Source: a virus
Virus record (IMG/VR): IMGVR_UViG_2695420938_000010
Location: 1,970-65,969 of that record
Direction: 5' to 3' (one strand)
Length of the DNA stretch: 64,000 nt
Shown: one piece after another, positions 63,006 through 64,000 of the stretch
Layout of the letters: each line of letters opens with the position of its first letter
Numbering within the stretch: the first letter of the stretch is position 1
Notes under the pieces: model-generated
Databases searched by the model: none
Seen by the model: only the letters and a program-made list of their open reading frames with translations
Told to the model about the DNA's origin: nothing
Translations under genes and position numbers: made by a program

Positions 63006-64000
63006 TCAGCCGAGCTTGGTAATGCCGAGTGCGCGCGCGATCTGCTTCCGAAGATTCTTGAGCCCCCTGTTCTCGCTCGGGGTCTTCGGAAGCGTGATGG
63101 CATCCAAGCCATCAAAGCCCTTGTTCGCTTCAAGCCGAATGTGCTTGTTGTCGGACTTCTCCGAATAACCGTGTCGGGCGAGGAGCGCAGTCAGCTCACT
63201 GGCAACCCTCTTGCGGTCTTTCGTCGCTCGCTCAAGGTCCTTCGAGAGTTCGGCAAGCGCGGGCGATGCGGGTAGGCGTTCGACAATACGCAGAAGAATT
63301 GCCTTTGATCTGGCATCAAGCCCGATCTGTTCAGCGACTGACAAGGTCGTTTTCGCCGCAAATCGGAGTCTGTCCGATATCTCGCCGGGATAAATCTCCG
63401 GACCGACCCTCTTGACGAGATTGTCGGTGGAGAAATCGGCTTCATCCGTACCGACGCTCGCAGCCGGACTTGCGCTAAGCTGCTGCTCAAGCTCGCGGAT
63501 TTTTTCCTGCAGGTTGTCCACCTGCTCCTGATGCAGCCGGTTCCATTCGGCTTCGGTCAGGCTATCCTTCTCACGCTCGCGCTGAACACGGAGAGCCTGC
63601 TCCTGGAGCTCGGTCCAGTCCCACCCGAAGGCTGGCATCTGACTTCGCAAGTTCGACGTCGCTGCCACAATCGCGGCAGCCAGCTCTTTGCCGTCTTCGA
63701 TCTGCCACCCGAGATAGTATCGCCTGACGATACCCTGTCCGGGCACTGACAACCCAACCGTTCCCCCGTAGGCGTTGCGACCCTCCGTTTTGTCGCGGAG
63801 AAGAAATGAGAACGCTCGATCTGGTTCGACAACGACATGGGCGACCCCGCCGAGGTCGTAGGCCAGTTTCTCAATTTCCCGCTGGCTGAGCAGCCAAGAA
63901 GATACCCCGGTCGCAGACACATAGACGGATGGAAGCCATTTCGCGGCTTCGCCCAGGGTCACGGACTTCGCTAATGCGAGGCCTGCATCGTTGTTCTCAA
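63006..64000 (-). CDS. Large hypothetical protein (5' end outside window) with coiled coil and a C-terminal HicA-like segment
   Basis: The frame stays open to base 64000 (..ENNDAGLALAKSVTLGE..). C-terminus LLARHGY..KHIRL..TLPKTPSENRGLKNLRKQI. Confidence 0.75.
   Translation of the reverse strand, partial: ENNDAGLALAKSVTLGEAAKWLPSVYVSATGVSSWLLSQREIEKLAYDLGGVAHVVVEPDRAFSFLLRDKTEGRNAYGGTVGLSVPGQGIVRRYYLGWQIEDGKELAAAIVAATSNLRSQMPAFGWDWTELQEQALRVQREREKDSLTEAEWNRLHQEQVDNLQEKIRELEQQLSASPAASVGTDEADFSTDNLVKRVGPEIYPGEISDRLRFAAKTTLSVAEQIGLDARSKAILLRIVERLPASPALAELSKDLERATKDRKRVASELTALLARHGYSEKSDNKHIRLEANKGFDGLDAITLPKTPSENRGLKNLRKQIARALGITKLG

Overview
High-GC alphaproteobacterial (Rhodobacteraceae-like) accessory DNA with no core chromosomal genes. 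From left to right: (1) the 3' end of an IS256-family element (1-534). (2) A ~38.5 kb minus-strand siphovirus-type prophage (664-39127). It has RcGTA g12-g15-like tail/baseplate genes with a lysis cassette nested among them, a tape measure, G/GT chaperones with a -1 slippery site, and a lambda-type head module (gpA-type TerL, lambda portal, protease-capsid fusion). It also has two DNA methyltransferases (the C5 enzyme has an overprinted second-frame partner), a primase/helicase/recombination module with an iteron-like origin, and an XRE + ImmA/IrrE pair. Its integrase is not in the window. (3) A plus-strand cargo block (39252-47166): Mre11-like YhaO, SMC/Rad50-like YhaN, a HelD/UvrD-like SF1 helicase and a coupled small protein. 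(4) A 47-nt 3' fragment of tRNA-Met marking an att site (47335-47381). (5) A second integrated element running towards the right edge, with a tyrosine integrase, AlpA-like regulators, a P4/D5-type primase with an iteron origin, and its own TerS/TerL/portal/protease-capsid/gpW/DUF2190 head module but no tail genes. It looks like a capsid-forming phage satellite of lambda-type ancestry. It carries an HNH / MT-A70 / AIPR cassette between terL and portal and a protein with a HicA-like C-terminus after the head genes. Both elements share a conserved ~65-bp cos-like signal. No CRISPR array, reverse transcriptase or intact RNA gene was seen. All family calls come from motif recognition by eye, not database searches.
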